In this document: one piece after another, positions 53,687 through 53,764 of the stretch
Numbering within the stretch: position 1 is the stretch's first letter
Layout: each line of letters opens with the position of its first letter
NCBI GenBank assembly: GCA_046538795.1
Contig: JBKHIF010000001.1
Span: 1-53,764 of the forward strand
DNA length: 53,764 nucleotides
Origin: Candidatus Woesearchaeota archaeon
GTDB lineage: Archaea > Nanobdellota > Nanobdellia > Woesearchaeales > CAZJJJ01
Direction of reading: 5' to 3'
Translations under genes and position numbers: made by a program
Notes under the pieces: model-generated
Databases searched by the model: none
Told to the model about the DNA's origin: nothing
The model's input: only the letters and a program-made list of their open reading frames with translations

Positions 53687-53764
53687 TCAATCAATACCTG
53701 AACCCAAAGAAAATATGCAGCAGCCGAATCTGCATTCTGCTGTCTGGTTACAGTCAATATCAAA
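53687..53764 (-). CDS. Partial ORF running off the window (3' end only), in the same frame as 46046..53638
   Basis: Hand-translated: ...FDIDCNQTAECRFGCCIFSLGSGID-TGA. Then 16 sense codons (QLSSEATCNEYSQNTF) lead into the Met at 53638. Confidence 0.3.
   Translation of the reverse strand, partial: FDIDCNQTAECRFGCCIFSLGSGID

Noticed and set aside
53687-53689. TGA reassigned to a sense codon across the genome, which would explain the in-frame TGA in the giant gene.
   Set aside because: TGA terminates well-defined genes here: adk at 6470-6472, truD at 6449-6451, the 2063-aa gene at 39801-39803, and 30453 and 38160. Each ends with the expected C-terminus. A global reassignment is therefore not supported. 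Only a local event (error, pseudogene or readthrough) remains possible.
24043-53764. A diversity-generating retroelement or other hypervariation system targeting the surface proteins, as known for some DPANN/CPR lineages.
   Set aside because: I could see no reverse-transcriptase-like ORF, no template/variable repeat pair with A-specific mismatches, and no Avd-like gene in the window.

Overview
AT-rich, very compact archaeal sequence. Archaeal markers are GatD/GatE, RadA, Cdc48-type AAA ATPase, TruD, an RPA-type OB-fold protein and an intron-containing tRNA. Overlapping stop codons and short gaps suggest a small-genome DPANN-type archaeon (inference only). Positions 1-24 kb carry housekeeping genes: UPF0182 membrane protein, GT-C-like glycosyltransferase, adk, truD, tRNA-Arg(CCU) with intron, patatin-like lipase, acylphosphatase, GT2, gatE, gatD, a sugar nucleotidyltransferase, Cdc48, a TRAM protein, radA, a PC4-like protein, a DUF362 Fe-S protein and RPA. 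A GC-rich hairpin-forming intergenic element occurs three times, each just upstream of a gene. Positions 24.0-53.8 kb form one co-directional minus-strand locus, which is the main finding. In transcription order it encodes: a giant protein of at least 2530 aa built from Ig-like and CarboxypepD_reg-like modules; a 2063-aa type-I membrane protein with 24 tandem Cys-rich DCGG modules; 15 consecutive ORFs with class III (type IV pilin-like) N-termini, two of them below the 60-aa cutoff of the ORF track; a pilin-signal protein with a C39-like peptidase domain and a degenerate LytM-like domain; a Cys/Asp-rich membrane protein; and a pilin-signal protein with an SLT-like lytic transglycosylase segment. 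No pilus assembly ATPase, platform protein or prepilin peptidase lies in the window. I interpret the locus as a possibly undescribed pilus- or bindosome-like surface apparatus for host attachment and wall attack. All domain calls come from motif recognition by eye and need HMM or structure confirmation.
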